Below are positions 51,003-59,705 of a stretch of DNA of 64,000 bases, one piece after another (the stretch's first letter is position 1; every line of letters starts with the position of its first letter). Location of the stretch: the IMG/VR virus record IMGVR_UViG_3300045988_098681, one strand, 5' to 3'. The notes under the pieces are model-generated. The model worked only from the letters and a program-made list of their open reading frames with translations. It did no database searches and was not told the DNA's origin. The position numbers were made by a program, and so were the translations under genes. This stretch comes from a virus.

Positions 51003-51300
51003 ATATGGATGCAGGTACTCGACACTCCCCTTAGCTAAATCAAAGGATTTTAGGTGGCGATAGTTCAATAACTTATTTGCCTAACATGTGCAAACAAGTT
51101 TATTCATGCTCAGCCACCTAGAACTTTCATTAAGAAAAATTGTTGGAAACGACAGGACTCGACGTTACGTTCAACTAAAAAAAGTTGATTCCTTATTCAT
51201 CGTGCTCTGTTTTGCCGAAGCTATTCCAGTTGGTATAGCACTCCAAAGGCTTAAATTCCCATGTAGCGATTTGGTACATATATGTAGTCACTTCTAGTTG
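51003..51300 (-). ncRNA. putative TnpB omega RNA (reRNA) / transposon right-end region
   Basis: ORF-free 3' flank of tnpB. Nested stems TAGGTGGC/GCCACCTA (51051-51058/51113-51120) and CTTATTTGC/GCAAACAAG (51072-51080/51090-51098). The single non-Watson-Crick pair is A-C on the + strand and G-U on the - strand. Confidence 0.4.
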
Positions 51301-52425
51301 TTAAACTACATATTTCATTAAATTGATTGCTGCGTTGTAATCACGATCTATTACGGGACCGCATTCTGGACAGACGTAGATTCTGTCGCTGAGCTTTAGG
51401 TTTGACTTAATCGTTCCGCAACAAGAACATGTTTTGGAAGAAGGGCAGAACCGATCTACCTGTACGAACTCGATCCCATTCCACTCACACTTGTATTTCA
51501 TCTGACGAACAAACTCATAAAAGCATTGTTCCTGAATTACTTTTGACAGGTGTTTATTCTTCATCATTCCAGACACATTAAGGTTCTCCATGACGACCCG
51601 ATATGGACGCATAAATACGAGTTTATGTGTTGCTTGATGAATATGATTTTGTCTTGTCATTGAAATGTGATAGGAAAGTTCTCGAATTTGTTCTTCGACT
51701 TTAAGAATATTAGCCGTCTTTTCAAAATTACCATTTTGATAATACTTACGAGAAACTTTACGTTGAAGGCGCTTCAATTTCTTTTGCTTTTTCTTCATGT
51801 TGGAAGTTTTGTTAATGTTCTTAATGACAATATTTTCATCGCCAAAAGCTACACTACAAAGCGCTTTGATTCCAAGGTCAATACCCATGGACTTATTTGT
51901 CAGCTCCAATACTTGGTTCTCACACTCAAAGCCAACTGTTAAAATCCATTTCTTATTGACATATGATATTCTTGGATTGTAAAATTTTGCTTCTTTTCCT
52001 AGTGGGACATTGTAGTTTGTCCGATATTTTACTTTACCGAGCTTTGGAATTGTTACAGATTCTTCGGTAAAGTAAGTTCCATCGTTTCTGATTGGATAAT
52101 TAGGTTTCGATTTCTTTTTACTTTTAAATTTAGGAAAACCTGCGCCACGAAAAAAGTTTGAATATGCTTTATCAAGGTCTCTTAATGTTGTTACCAAGCT
52201 CGCATTTAAAACTTCATTAAGCCAAGCATATTGTTCTTCTTTTTTCAATGGAGTGAGTTTCTTGATAAGATCAAAAGATGATAATTTCTTGCCGATGGAA
52301 GAGTATTCCACTTTTTGAATCTCTAATCCCCAATTCCAGATAAACCTACAACACCCAATGTGTTTCCACATCAATTCTTCCTGCTCCTTAGTTGGGAGCA
52401 GTCTGATCTTGTACGTTTTCATCAT
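51301..52425 (-). CDS. tnpB: TnpB (IS200/IS605-family RuvC-like RNA-guided nuclease); no tnpA nearby
   Basis: N-terminus 'YKIRLLPTKEQEELMWKHIGCCRFIWNWGL', RuvC D 'GIDLGIKALCSVA', E 'VVMENLNVSGM', zinc finger 'CSCCG..CPECG', final 'IDRDYNAAINL'. Strong AAGGAGGT RBS. Confidence 0.85.
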   Translation of the reverse strand: MMKTYKIRLLPTKEQEELMWKHIGCCRFIWNWGLEIQKVEYSSIGKKLSSFDLIKKLTPLKKEEQYAWLNEVLNASLVTTLRDLDKAYSNFFRGAGFPKFKSKKKSKPNYPIRNDGTYFTEESVTIPKLGKVKYRTNYNVPLGKEAKFYNPRISYVNKKWILTVGFECENQVLELTNKSMGIDLGIKALCSVAFGDENIVIKNINKTSNMKKKQKKLKRLQRKVSRKYYQNGNFEKTANILKVEEQIRELSYHISMTRQNHIHQATHKLVFMRPYRVVMENLNVSGMMKNKHLSKVIQEQCFYEFVRQMKYKCEWNGIEFVQVDRFCPSSKTCSCCGTIKSNLKLSDRIYVCPECGPVIDRDYNAAINLMKYVV

Positions 52426-53530
52426 TTACCTCCTTTTCTTTAAGATTTTATGAAAAGGAGAGTGGCGGGAACTTACCCCGCACATGCGTTTCTCTCTTGT
52501 TGAATATATGAGCGAGACTTTGGGAACCGTTTTTACCTATCGACATCAGCATAGTGGTATTCAACGTTATCGAGTATGCTCCCGCCTTGCCATCTTCCAA
52601 TGACTGAAAATCTCGCAGAAATCTTAAGTTATTTTACTAAGCTAAACAACTAAATAACATGTGCCATGAACCTTCGTTCTACCTTCCACAATCATCGTCA
52701 TATTCAACCAGTAAGTAGACAAGTCTGTGCCACAGGGAGCTACCCTATGACATCTTGCCTAGATGGAAACCATCAAATCTTACAAGGGGCTCTTTCTACC
52801 CTTAACTTTCACAAAGCATTCAGAATTATTTTCTTCAAATCTTCATCATTTGACATCATTTGACTTGTAAAATTACTACAGTCATTGCTTTTTGCTACTC
52901 GTACCTTGACCCTATCTTATACTTTGTCTTTCGACAATCTCACAGCAAACTTCCTTAGTGGCACTTCCGTACTTATGCCGCTTGCCACAGCGACACAGCC
53001 CTCGGATTCGGCTTACGCTTTTAACGCTTAGCTTCTATTGTGGAAGCGATAGGACAGTGTTTTTAACAAGGATTGCTTTAGCACACACCCCCAGAACCAT
53101 TCTATTCATAAGTGGCATCTTGCATCTCACAATGCAAGCCTTTGACCGTTACCAAAGCTATCGTTTTGGCTAGGCTATTCTTACCCGCAGGTGGGTAGTG
53201 TTCTCTGCACCATGCTCTTGGTCTACACAGAGTTATGGCACACATTATTTAGTTGTCTAAAAATGGCTACGGGATTGAGTACCGCCCTCAACAATAGTCG
53301 GGTCAAAGCCGACTGCGTTCACTTGTTCGCCATCCCGCAATATTTGGTTGGTATACGATTGAAACCATATACCAACCGTAAGGAAAAAAATATGAAAAAA
53401 GCGTTTTTCTTTTTTATTGTGGCGCACCAAATAAATTTTATGGATGTCCTTTTAGGAGGTAAAACACAAAAAACAGAAAGGTTGGTTTTAGGTGCGCCAC
53501 TCGAATATTTTGTTGTTTTCTCTCTTTACA
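52426..53530 (-). ncRNA. candidate large structured non-coding RNA (class unassigned)
   Basis: ~1.1 kb downstream of a perfect consensus promoter with no ORF >=60 aa on the transcribed strand. Many stems: 53419-53428/53491-53500 (10 bp), 53346-53355/53368-53377 (10 bp), 53296-53301/53309-53314, 53119-53125/53132-53138, 52958-52963/52983-52988, and GTC-GAAA-GAC at 52926-52935 (GNRA only on the - strand). Confidence 0.35.
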
Positions 53531-53536
53531 CTTTTC

Positions 53537-53565
53537 ATTATATAGAGATGCTTGCATTTTGTCAA
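53537..53565 (-). promoter_or_regulatory. perfect consensus sigma-70-type promoter (TTGACA-17-TATAAT) on the - strand
   Basis: Reverse complement reads TTGACA (53565-53560), then 17 nt, then TATAAT (53542-53537). It lies just downstream of the stop of gene 53581-54723. Confidence 0.7.
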
Positions 53566-53580
53566 GCAAAATTTCAAATT

Positions 53581-54723
53581 TTACAAATTTATTTTATAAG
53601 TACAAACATCATTGTCAAACACTTGTAAAACTTGATAAGGTTTTGTATTACATCTCAAGCTCATAGCAAACTCGTCAATGCCCGATATAGACCCATTGAC
53701 TACAATCTCTGTACCATTGTCATCTTTTATGTTCATGTGATGAATATGCCCAAAATAAATTCTATCCGGCACTTTACCAAGTAAATTAACAGAATGTAGT
53801 TTAATATTTGACAAAGAATCTTTATCCCCATGTGTCATAAAAACTAATTGGTCTTTTACCTTAAATGTGATCCAATCCTCTAACCCATTCATGCAAACTC
53901 TCACATTCGGCAACCTAAGTTCAATATGCTTAAAAATCAATCTTTCAAAATTTTCAGCAGGCATATTTGATTTCTTATCGGCATTTACTCTTGAGTGATT
54001 TCCAATAACTCCATAAACCTTGGCTTCTGGAATATATGCCTTGAGTCCATTGACAAAGTTAGCCAAAAGTTCTCCGACATTGATAACTTGTGTAATCAAA
54101 TCTTCTTCCGCAGCGATACGACTTTGTAAATGAATTGTGCCACTAATCAAATCACCTGCTAATCCGAGGTGTAATTTTTGTACCTTATGTAGTTGACAAT
54201 AATAGATTGTTTTCTTGAGCAAAGTTTCTAAACGTTCATTGGCAATATCTACATTGTACTCGTTTAGAACATTATCTATTAAAAGTCCATAGTGAAAGTC
54301 AGACAAGATAAGAACCGCCTCTACATTGGTAGAATTTGGTTCATGCACACTATTGAGTTTTAATGGCTCAATATCTTCAATCGCTTTTACCATTAAATCC
54401 TCTAGGTGTTCATATCTTGCACTTTCTCTAAGCAACTTGTTATACTCACGCTTTTGATCTTGCACTCTGCACTTCTCTTTATAAAGTTCTTGGCGCAAAG
54501 TTTCTAACCTAGCAGATTCCTCGCTTGTATATCCTTCTTCGAGCTTTTCAAGCATATACTTATATACTCGATAGCCACAATAGCGACCGCCAGCAAAAGA
54601 TTTCCTTAAAGAGTCAGGGTGAACATCTAGTTCAAGTTCATCTACCATCTCTTCCCAATCTTTATTCGTTGTTCCTTCTACTTTATCTACGAGCAAATCA
54701 AGCTCGTCTTGATAATTTCGCAT
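53581..54723 (-). CDS. calcineurin-like metallophosphoesterase (Mre11/SbcD-type nuclease candidate)
   Basis: Motifs in order: 'LILSDFHYG', 'GDLISG', 'GNHSR', 'THGD', 'GHIHH'. Confidence 0.7.
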   Translation of the reverse strand: MRNYQDELDLLVDKVEGTTNKDWEEMVDELELDVHPDSLRKSFAGGRYCGYRVYKYMLEKLEEGYTSEESARLETLRQELYKEKCRVQDQKREYNKLLRESARYEHLEDLMVKAIEDIEPLKLNSVHEPNSTNVEAVLILSDFHYGLLIDNVLNEYNVDIANERLETLLKKTIYYCQLHKVQKLHLGLAGDLISGTIHLQSRIAAEEDLITQVINVGELLANFVNGLKAYIPEAKVYGVIGNHSRVNADKKSNMPAENFERLIFKHIELRLPNVRVCMNGLEDWITFKVKDQLVFMTHGDKDSLSNIKLHSVNLLGKVPDRIYFGHIHHMNIKDDNGTEIVVNGSISGIDEFAMSLRCNTKPYQVLQVFDNDVCTYKINL

Positions 54724-54914
54724 TAGTTCACCTGTTCCGAGATAAACGAAACTTGCATACCTTCCATATCTCTAAGCATTTCTTCAACGCTAACAACAAT
54801 CGGTTCTTCGTCTTTCTTATCATAAACCTCTACAACAAAGTCACCGTTATCATTTCTTGTTAAGTAGCCAATAACCTTGGTGGTTGTAATGCGACTATAT
54901 GTATCCTTCATCAT
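54723..54914 (-). CDS. hypothetical protein
   Basis: 63-aa ORF coupled on both sides. Confidence 0.45.
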   Translation of the reverse strand: MMKDTYSRITTTKVIGYLTRNDNGDFVVEVYDKKDEEPIVVSVEEMLRDMEGMQVSFISEQVN

Positions 54915-55285
54915 TCATCGTCCTCCTCATAATTGTCTGGTTTAAAAAGCGGGTTCCCCCATGTTTGTTCCATCATCTCACTTCTAAATTGTTGTGAAAT
55001 TAAGAATTGTGGAATATTGTGTTCAAGACGCTCACGACTCAAACTCAACTCACCATTAAGACTTACATTTGGCATATATCTTGGTTTTTTATATGGTCTG
55101 TATTTGAGCGTAAGAGTTCCAACTTTTTGCAAGCACACCTCTCTGCCCGATAATAAACATTCCCTTATCACATGAATGTAGTTTTCTATGATTTCTCTAC
55201 ATTCCTTTTGCGAATACCCAGACAATTCAGAAACTACTCGAACGATATCACCTTGTTTCATTTTAGGTACGTTGTATCCTTTCAT
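54911..55285 (-). CDS. HU/IHF-like DNA-binding protein
   Basis: 'DIVRVVSELSGYSQKECREIIENYIHVIRECLLSGREVCLQKVGTLTLKYR' follows the HU helix-helix-beta-arm pattern. Confidence 0.5.
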   Translation of the reverse strand: MKGYNVPKMKQGDIVRVVSELSGYSQKECREIIENYIHVIRECLLSGREVCLQKVGTLTLKYRPYKKPRYMPNVSLNGELSLSRERLEHNIPQFLISQQFRSEMMEQTWGNPLFKPDNYEEDDE

Positions 55286-55511
55286 TTCTAATCCTTTTAA
55301 TCCTTTCTAATCCATACCCCACGCTGAAATAACAACGTGGGGCTTTATGCAATTCCCATACTTGTATGGCGCATTGGGTAATAGCGCACCCCTACTTGGG
55401 CAAACTGCCCTTTCCAAGATATTCTATCATATAGTAACTTATGATAAAAATTGAACAAACGTTGAAATTTCAACATTCTTAATCTTGTATGTTTTCCCAT
55501 AATTTCACATT

Positions 55512-56117
55512 TTATGTGGTTTTTTGAAAAATTTTGAGCAAATTACTAGGGTTTATTGTATATAAAGTTTTCAATAAAAGCACTTTATTCTTATCTGTTT
55601 TGGCTTTAGACTTCCTGCCATTTCCATCTAAATTTACCCTTAAATGAAAAGCTCTATCTATAAGCCAACTAAACAATCCAAGATAATCTTTTGATATATA
55701 TACTCGTTTAATATCTTCTACCATATTCTCAAAATCTTCTCGTAATATTAAATCGTCCTCAATATCATCAATCGCATTTTGGTATAACCTCAATCCATAA
55801 GCCTCTATAAACGCCTCAACTTTTTTAGATTTTCGTCTGTCCTCTTTGAGTTGGTGATGGTTGTAAAAATAACACATCGGCAAAGTTGACTCATTTGAAC
55901 GTATTTTAGGTGGTTTATAGTCAAAAAGTACATTCATAGGACATTGGAGCTTGTTGTTAATTTTATCTTTTGGTATGGCATAGTTTACATAAAGCCAAAA
56001 GCGTGGATATCCATTATGTTTTACATTAAGTTCTTGTTTTATGCGCCGTATTTCTGAGTTTAGGTCGATATCGTAAGTGCGCTTTGCATTGTCGATAGCA
56101 GCCTGCATTTGTTTTAT
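55512..56117 (-). CDS. YonO/RdRP-like polymerase candidate, exon 2 (junction approximate)
   Basis: The frame is open upstream of ATG 56108. An in-frame join '..ILSVVA|IKQMQAAIDN..' is possible. Confidence 0.45.
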   Translation of the reverse strand: MKQMQAAIDNAKRTYDIDLNSEIRRIKQELNVKHNGYPRFWLYVNYAIPKDKINNKLQCPMNVLFDYKPPKIRSNESTLPMCYFYNHHQLKEDRRKSKKVEAFIEAYGLRLYQNAIDDIEDDLILREDFENMVEDIKRVYISKDYLGLFSWLIDRAFHLRVNLDGNGRKSKAKTDKNKVLLLKTLYTINPSNLLKIFQKTT

Positions 56118-56381
56118 CTCTGGCTCTTTATCCAGAGCTTCTTTAAGTTTCCTTAAAGTATCGGACTATATCTTCACCATGCACTTTCGTGTTTAGGTGT
56201 TCAGCACTCGTGGGGGGATTATTGCTAGTTCTGCTCACCCCCTAGTCTCTGAGCCTTCCTATCTACTAAATGAACCTCGATAGGTTTGGCATATGGTTAG
56301 CATATGCTTTTGCACTTAGCTTTCCACTATTCACTGAATATTTTTTACTAAATGTTTCCACTTAGCTGACCCATTTTACTA
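56118..56381 (-). ncRNA. group I self-splicing intron (ORF-less, ~264 nt; boundaries approximate)
   Basis: On the - strand: an R-like 'GGCTCAGAGACTAG' (56242-56255), an S-like 'AAGATATAGTCC' (56163-56174), then a CTTTAAG-GAAA-CTTAAAG hairpin (P9-like) and a GCTCT..AGAGC hairpin before the proposed 3' splice site. Confidence 0.7.
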
Positions 56382-58337
56382 AGCCACTACACTCAGAATA
56401 CACACATAATCATCATACTCTTTGTCTGTAAAACTATATCCATAAGTCAACGCAAGCTGCGCAAGATTACTAGACTCACCTATTGCCATTTGTGCTTTGG
56501 CAAGGTTGTTGTCTATAACGGCGTGATTGTACATGGATAAGTCATAATGATTTTTTTCTTTTGGAATGTTGTTTACAATGGTTGGATGGTTTATGTAGCA
56601 ATATTTGGCGTAGTCGGCAATGTCATGTTGATTTGTTACAAATACTTGGTCAGAATCCCAGTCGCAGCCATTTAGTCGGTCTTGGACATCTGTGTGTTTG
56701 CAATTCATTGCAATACATTGCTCCCCAATATAAAAATATTTATCTAAAATATCGCTCTTAATATTTTTAAGTCCAATAATATTCGACTTACTATTGTGCG
56801 GGCTTCTAAATCCTGCTAAATACTCGTTTGCTCCAAACCTCTTTGTGTAACATTGAATACAATCCTGCTCTTGACCAAACGTATTGTCTTTTTCTACATC
56901 TTCACCCACACTATGTAATAACATGGCATAAGGAGAGCCAACCATTACTAAGTTATCACCCTCTTGCAACACTTTACCAAACTTTAGATTTTTTACATAA
57001 CCATCAATTATTTTTTTCTTCCTGCTCCTAAAATACTCACTTCGCACAAATTCTGAATCCTGCTCGCACAATGCGACCAAAACCTCGTAGTCATTAGAAA
57101 AGTTCTCATTGTCTCTAAGGTAGTCAAGGAACACATCATTGTCACTCTTTAGTTGTTCAACATACGATTTGCTTCTTGCAAGCACACCATCCATAATTTC
57201 AACATCAAGTGTGTTTATCATTTGGTAACTCATACGTTGAACGTCACCGTATTTGCTCTTGTGTGCAGTTTTAACTATTCCAAATTGACAATCATTCTCA
57301 TGGACTTTCTTACACCAATAGTCATACGATACGTCGAATTTTAACCACTTCATGGAATTATCTGTGGTTATCATCTTGATATCTTTTACATAGTGTTCAT
57401 TGCCCCACATATCGACAACTTTTGCACTTTTGTACTCATCGCCATACCAATCCCTAAAGAACCGTTGTATGTTCGTGTGAAAAGCAGCACACTTTGTCAT
57501 ATGATGTCTTAGTAATACATACCCCTCTCCCCACTTGGGAAAAATCGAATCGTCTATCAAGGCTTGCCCATCGAACAAGGTGTTTTTTAATTCGTAGTCT
57601 TGTATTCGCTTTGCATAACAATGTTTTTTTCCATCAATGCCAATACTCACTACTTCACGCCTAAAAAAACTATCCACATCTTTTAGTATCAATATATTTT
57701 CCGGCTCAATCCTCATGCGTCCAACTATCGTGCTTGCGATGAGTGACACATATGCACTTGCTTCTACTATCGGCGCATTATGCTTTGGAATCTTTAACCC
57801 CATATAAATAAAGTCGTGGGCTTTTTTATAGAGCCTAGAACAAATAAACATAACAGAACCTTGCTTCGCCTTGCCAGCAGAACGATAAAGCATTTTATAG
57901 TGTATTGTTTCTGTTTTCTTTATATTTCCTGCTTTGTCTTTGGTATGATATTTAATATTTATTCCATGTTCGTAATATTCAATTCGTATATCTTCTTTTC
58001 GCTTCTTGACGTACTTATCTCTATTTTCGTCTACTTTATTTAGTAAAAATTCTAATCTCTTTATTTTCTCCTCATCGTCAATTTCTTTTATCTTATTTAC
58101 AATGTTGCCCCTCGTGTCCTCATAACTCTTAGCTCCCATGTCAAAATTCAAGCATATTACATCTCTAGTGAAACCGTTCTTCGACACTTTAAGTCCATTT
58201 TCTAACAAGAAGTCTAAGAAGAGGCTATTTGTCAACATGGCATTAGTATATGGCAGATAATCTCTTGCGCCAAGATTATATTCATATAGTTGTCCTGCCG
58301 AAAAGTTCTTTATTCGTACACCATATTTATTCGTCAT
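56382..58337 (-). CDS. YonO/RdRP-like two-barrel RNA polymerase candidate, exon 1
   Basis: 'GFRSPHNSKSN...(~40 aa)...LNGCDWDSDQVFV' matches the 'RSP.H...GGD.DGD' spacing of the catalytic double-psi beta-barrel in QDE-1/YonO-type polymerases. The ATG at 58337 is preferred over the GTG at 58349. Confidence 0.5.
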
Positions 58338-58338
58338 T

Positions 58339-58509
58339 TTACCACTCACCCCATTGAAATCTTACACACTCATTATAATTAAAGTATCTATATAAAAAAT
58401 CATATTCTTGTTCTTTGTATTCTCTATTTAATCGTTCCTTTTGTGATAAAATGGGATAAACATGGTGACTCATTTCTTCCCAATAATCTTCTTTATCCCT
58501 ATACTCCAT
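58339..58509 (-). CDS. small hypothetical protein (56 aa; below the track cutoff)
   Basis: GGAGGAG RBS and ATG 58509. Stop overlaps the start of the next gene (TAAAATG). Confidence 0.4.
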   Translation of the reverse strand: MEYRDKEDYWEEMSHHVYPILSQKERLNREYKEQEYDFLYRYFNYNECVRFQWGEW

Positions 58510-58550
58510 TACTCCTCCTTTCTTGAATGAATCAATACCTTATATTGTAT

Positions 58551-58579
58551 AGTATAAAGATTCTACCACAAAATGTCAA
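58551..58579 (-). promoter_or_regulatory. sigma-70-type promoter (TTGACA-17-TATACT) on the - strand
   Basis: Reverse complement reads TTGACA (58579-58574), then 17 nt, then TATACT (58556-58551). Divergent from the + promoter 11 nt away. Confidence 0.65.
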
Positions 58580-58589
58580 TAGAATTTGC

Positions 58590-58618
58590 TTGACTTTTAA
58601 CATAACTTATTGTATAAT
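58590..58618 (+). promoter_or_regulatory. sigma-70-type promoter (TTGACT-17-TATAAT)
   Basis: TTGACT 58590-58595, 17-nt spacer, TATAAT 58613-58618, then an AGAGG RBS and ATG 58637. Confidence 0.65.
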
Positions 58619-58636
58619 AAACCAAGAGGTGTTAAA

Positions 58637-59617
58637 ATGAAAGAATTTGAGTTAAAAGAAAAGATAAAAAACCTTGAACGAAAATTGGAACAATATGAGT
58701 TAGAATCGATTGGAATCTATGCGCCAAAACATGCGCTCAATACAAGATCTGAATTTGGAGAGGCAATTAGACAAAACCTAAAAGAACAACGCGAGTGCAG
58801 CAAAGTTAAAAATTTGTTCACCACAACAGGCACAATTCAAAGTATCCTTGTGCAAAACTTTAACTTTGAGTGTTCTGAAATCATAAGAAAGCTCAACGGC
58901 TACAACTTGCAAAGCGCAAAGTTAAAAATTCAAGAAAAAGCGAATAATATGCTAGATGTATGTGACGAATATGGCATTTTAGTGAGCAATCACAATTTAT
59001 TCAACCTCAAAATTGAACAAGCCGAACTTGAAAACGACTACTTGTTATTCCAAGCAGAAGAAAGATATAGAAAGCAAGAACAAGCTCGCAAAATAGCCGA
59101 ACAACGCAAAGCCGACAAAGAATGGTTCGATAGGTTGGTGGAATTAGAGAAAAGAATCCAAGAAAGTATATCTAATGGCGATATTGAGGAAACTGAACGA
59201 TTGCAAGAAGAAGCCAATCAAACACGCCATTTACTCAAAGAAAAGAAAGCAGGTTGGGTATATATCATCAGCAACGAAGATATGCACAATGGATACTATA
59301 AAGTTGGAACAACGCGAAGAATCTCGCCCCTTGTAAGAATAGACGAACTTTCAGACGCAAGCCATGCTTTCAAGTTTAGGATTCATGCGCTCATATATTC
59401 TGAAGATTGTTTTGACTTAGAATCAAGATTGCACAGAAGATTGACAAACTATCGAGTAAACAAAGAAAATCTACATAAAGAATTCTTTGAAATTGACCTT
59501 GAAGAATTACAAATTATCTTGCTTGATGAATTTGGTATTGATGTAGAAATGAATGAAAATATTTACGAGGACGATGAAAAACTCAATGCGCTCTACTCAT
59601 TTATTTACGATAAATAG
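58637..59617 (+). CDS. DUF4041-like coiled-coil + T5orf172 (GIY-YIG superfamily) domain protein
   Basis: C-terminal 'GWVYIISNEDMHNGYYKVGTTRRISPLVRIDEL...ESRLHRRLTNYRVNKENLHKEFFEI' matches the T5orf172/MUG113 pattern. Long N-terminal coiled coil. Confidence 0.7.
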   Translation: MKEFELKEKIKNLERKLEQYELESIGIYAPKHALNTRSEFGEAIRQNLKEQRECSKVKNLFTTTGTIQSILVQNFNFECSEIIRKLNGYNLQSAKLKIQEKANNMLDVCDEYGILVSNHNLFNLKIEQAELENDYLLFQAEERYRKQEQARKIAEQRKADKEWFDRLVELEKRIQESISNGDIEETERLQEEANQTRHLLKEKKAGWVYIISNEDMHNGYYKVGTTRRISPLVRIDELSDASHAFKFRIHALIYSEDCFDLESRLHRRLTNYRVNKENLHKEFFEIDLEELQIILLDEFGIDVEMNENIYEDDEKLNALYSFIYDK

Positions 59618-59705
59618 TCAATACGAAAATTAAGATAAAAAGATTTTAAGATAGACTTGTATAGCCACTCGGTAAATTACTCGACAAACACATAAAAAAC
59701 GATAA

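Noticed and set aside
51004-51090. Possible fourth tRNA next to tRNA-Asn (ends ..TGCATCCA on the - strand)
   Set aside because: No T arm (GTTCGAATC-type) or acceptor-stem complementarity could be folded.
51003-53430. Group II intron hypothesis (GTGCG on the - strand at ~53428)
   Set aside because: No domain V-like sequence (GAGCCGTAT...-type hairpin) was found in the 3' region 51003-51300. No RT ORF is present, and no exon continuity is seen.
52426-53580. IStron hypothesis (group I ribozyme fused 5' of tnpB)
   Set aside because: The R/S core motifs that are obvious in the four real introns are absent here; only a weak CGACTAT match occurs at ~53296. No host gene is interrupted, since the upstream gene ends with its own stop and tRNAs follow.
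53392-53628. + strand ORF MKKAFFFFIVAHQ... (within track ORF 53191-53628) with a weak AAGGA RBS
   Set aside because: It overlaps the consensus - strand promoter and the 3' end of the phosphoesterase gene. Its sequence is dominated by the long-range stem and A/T runs. It is kept only as a remote possibility.
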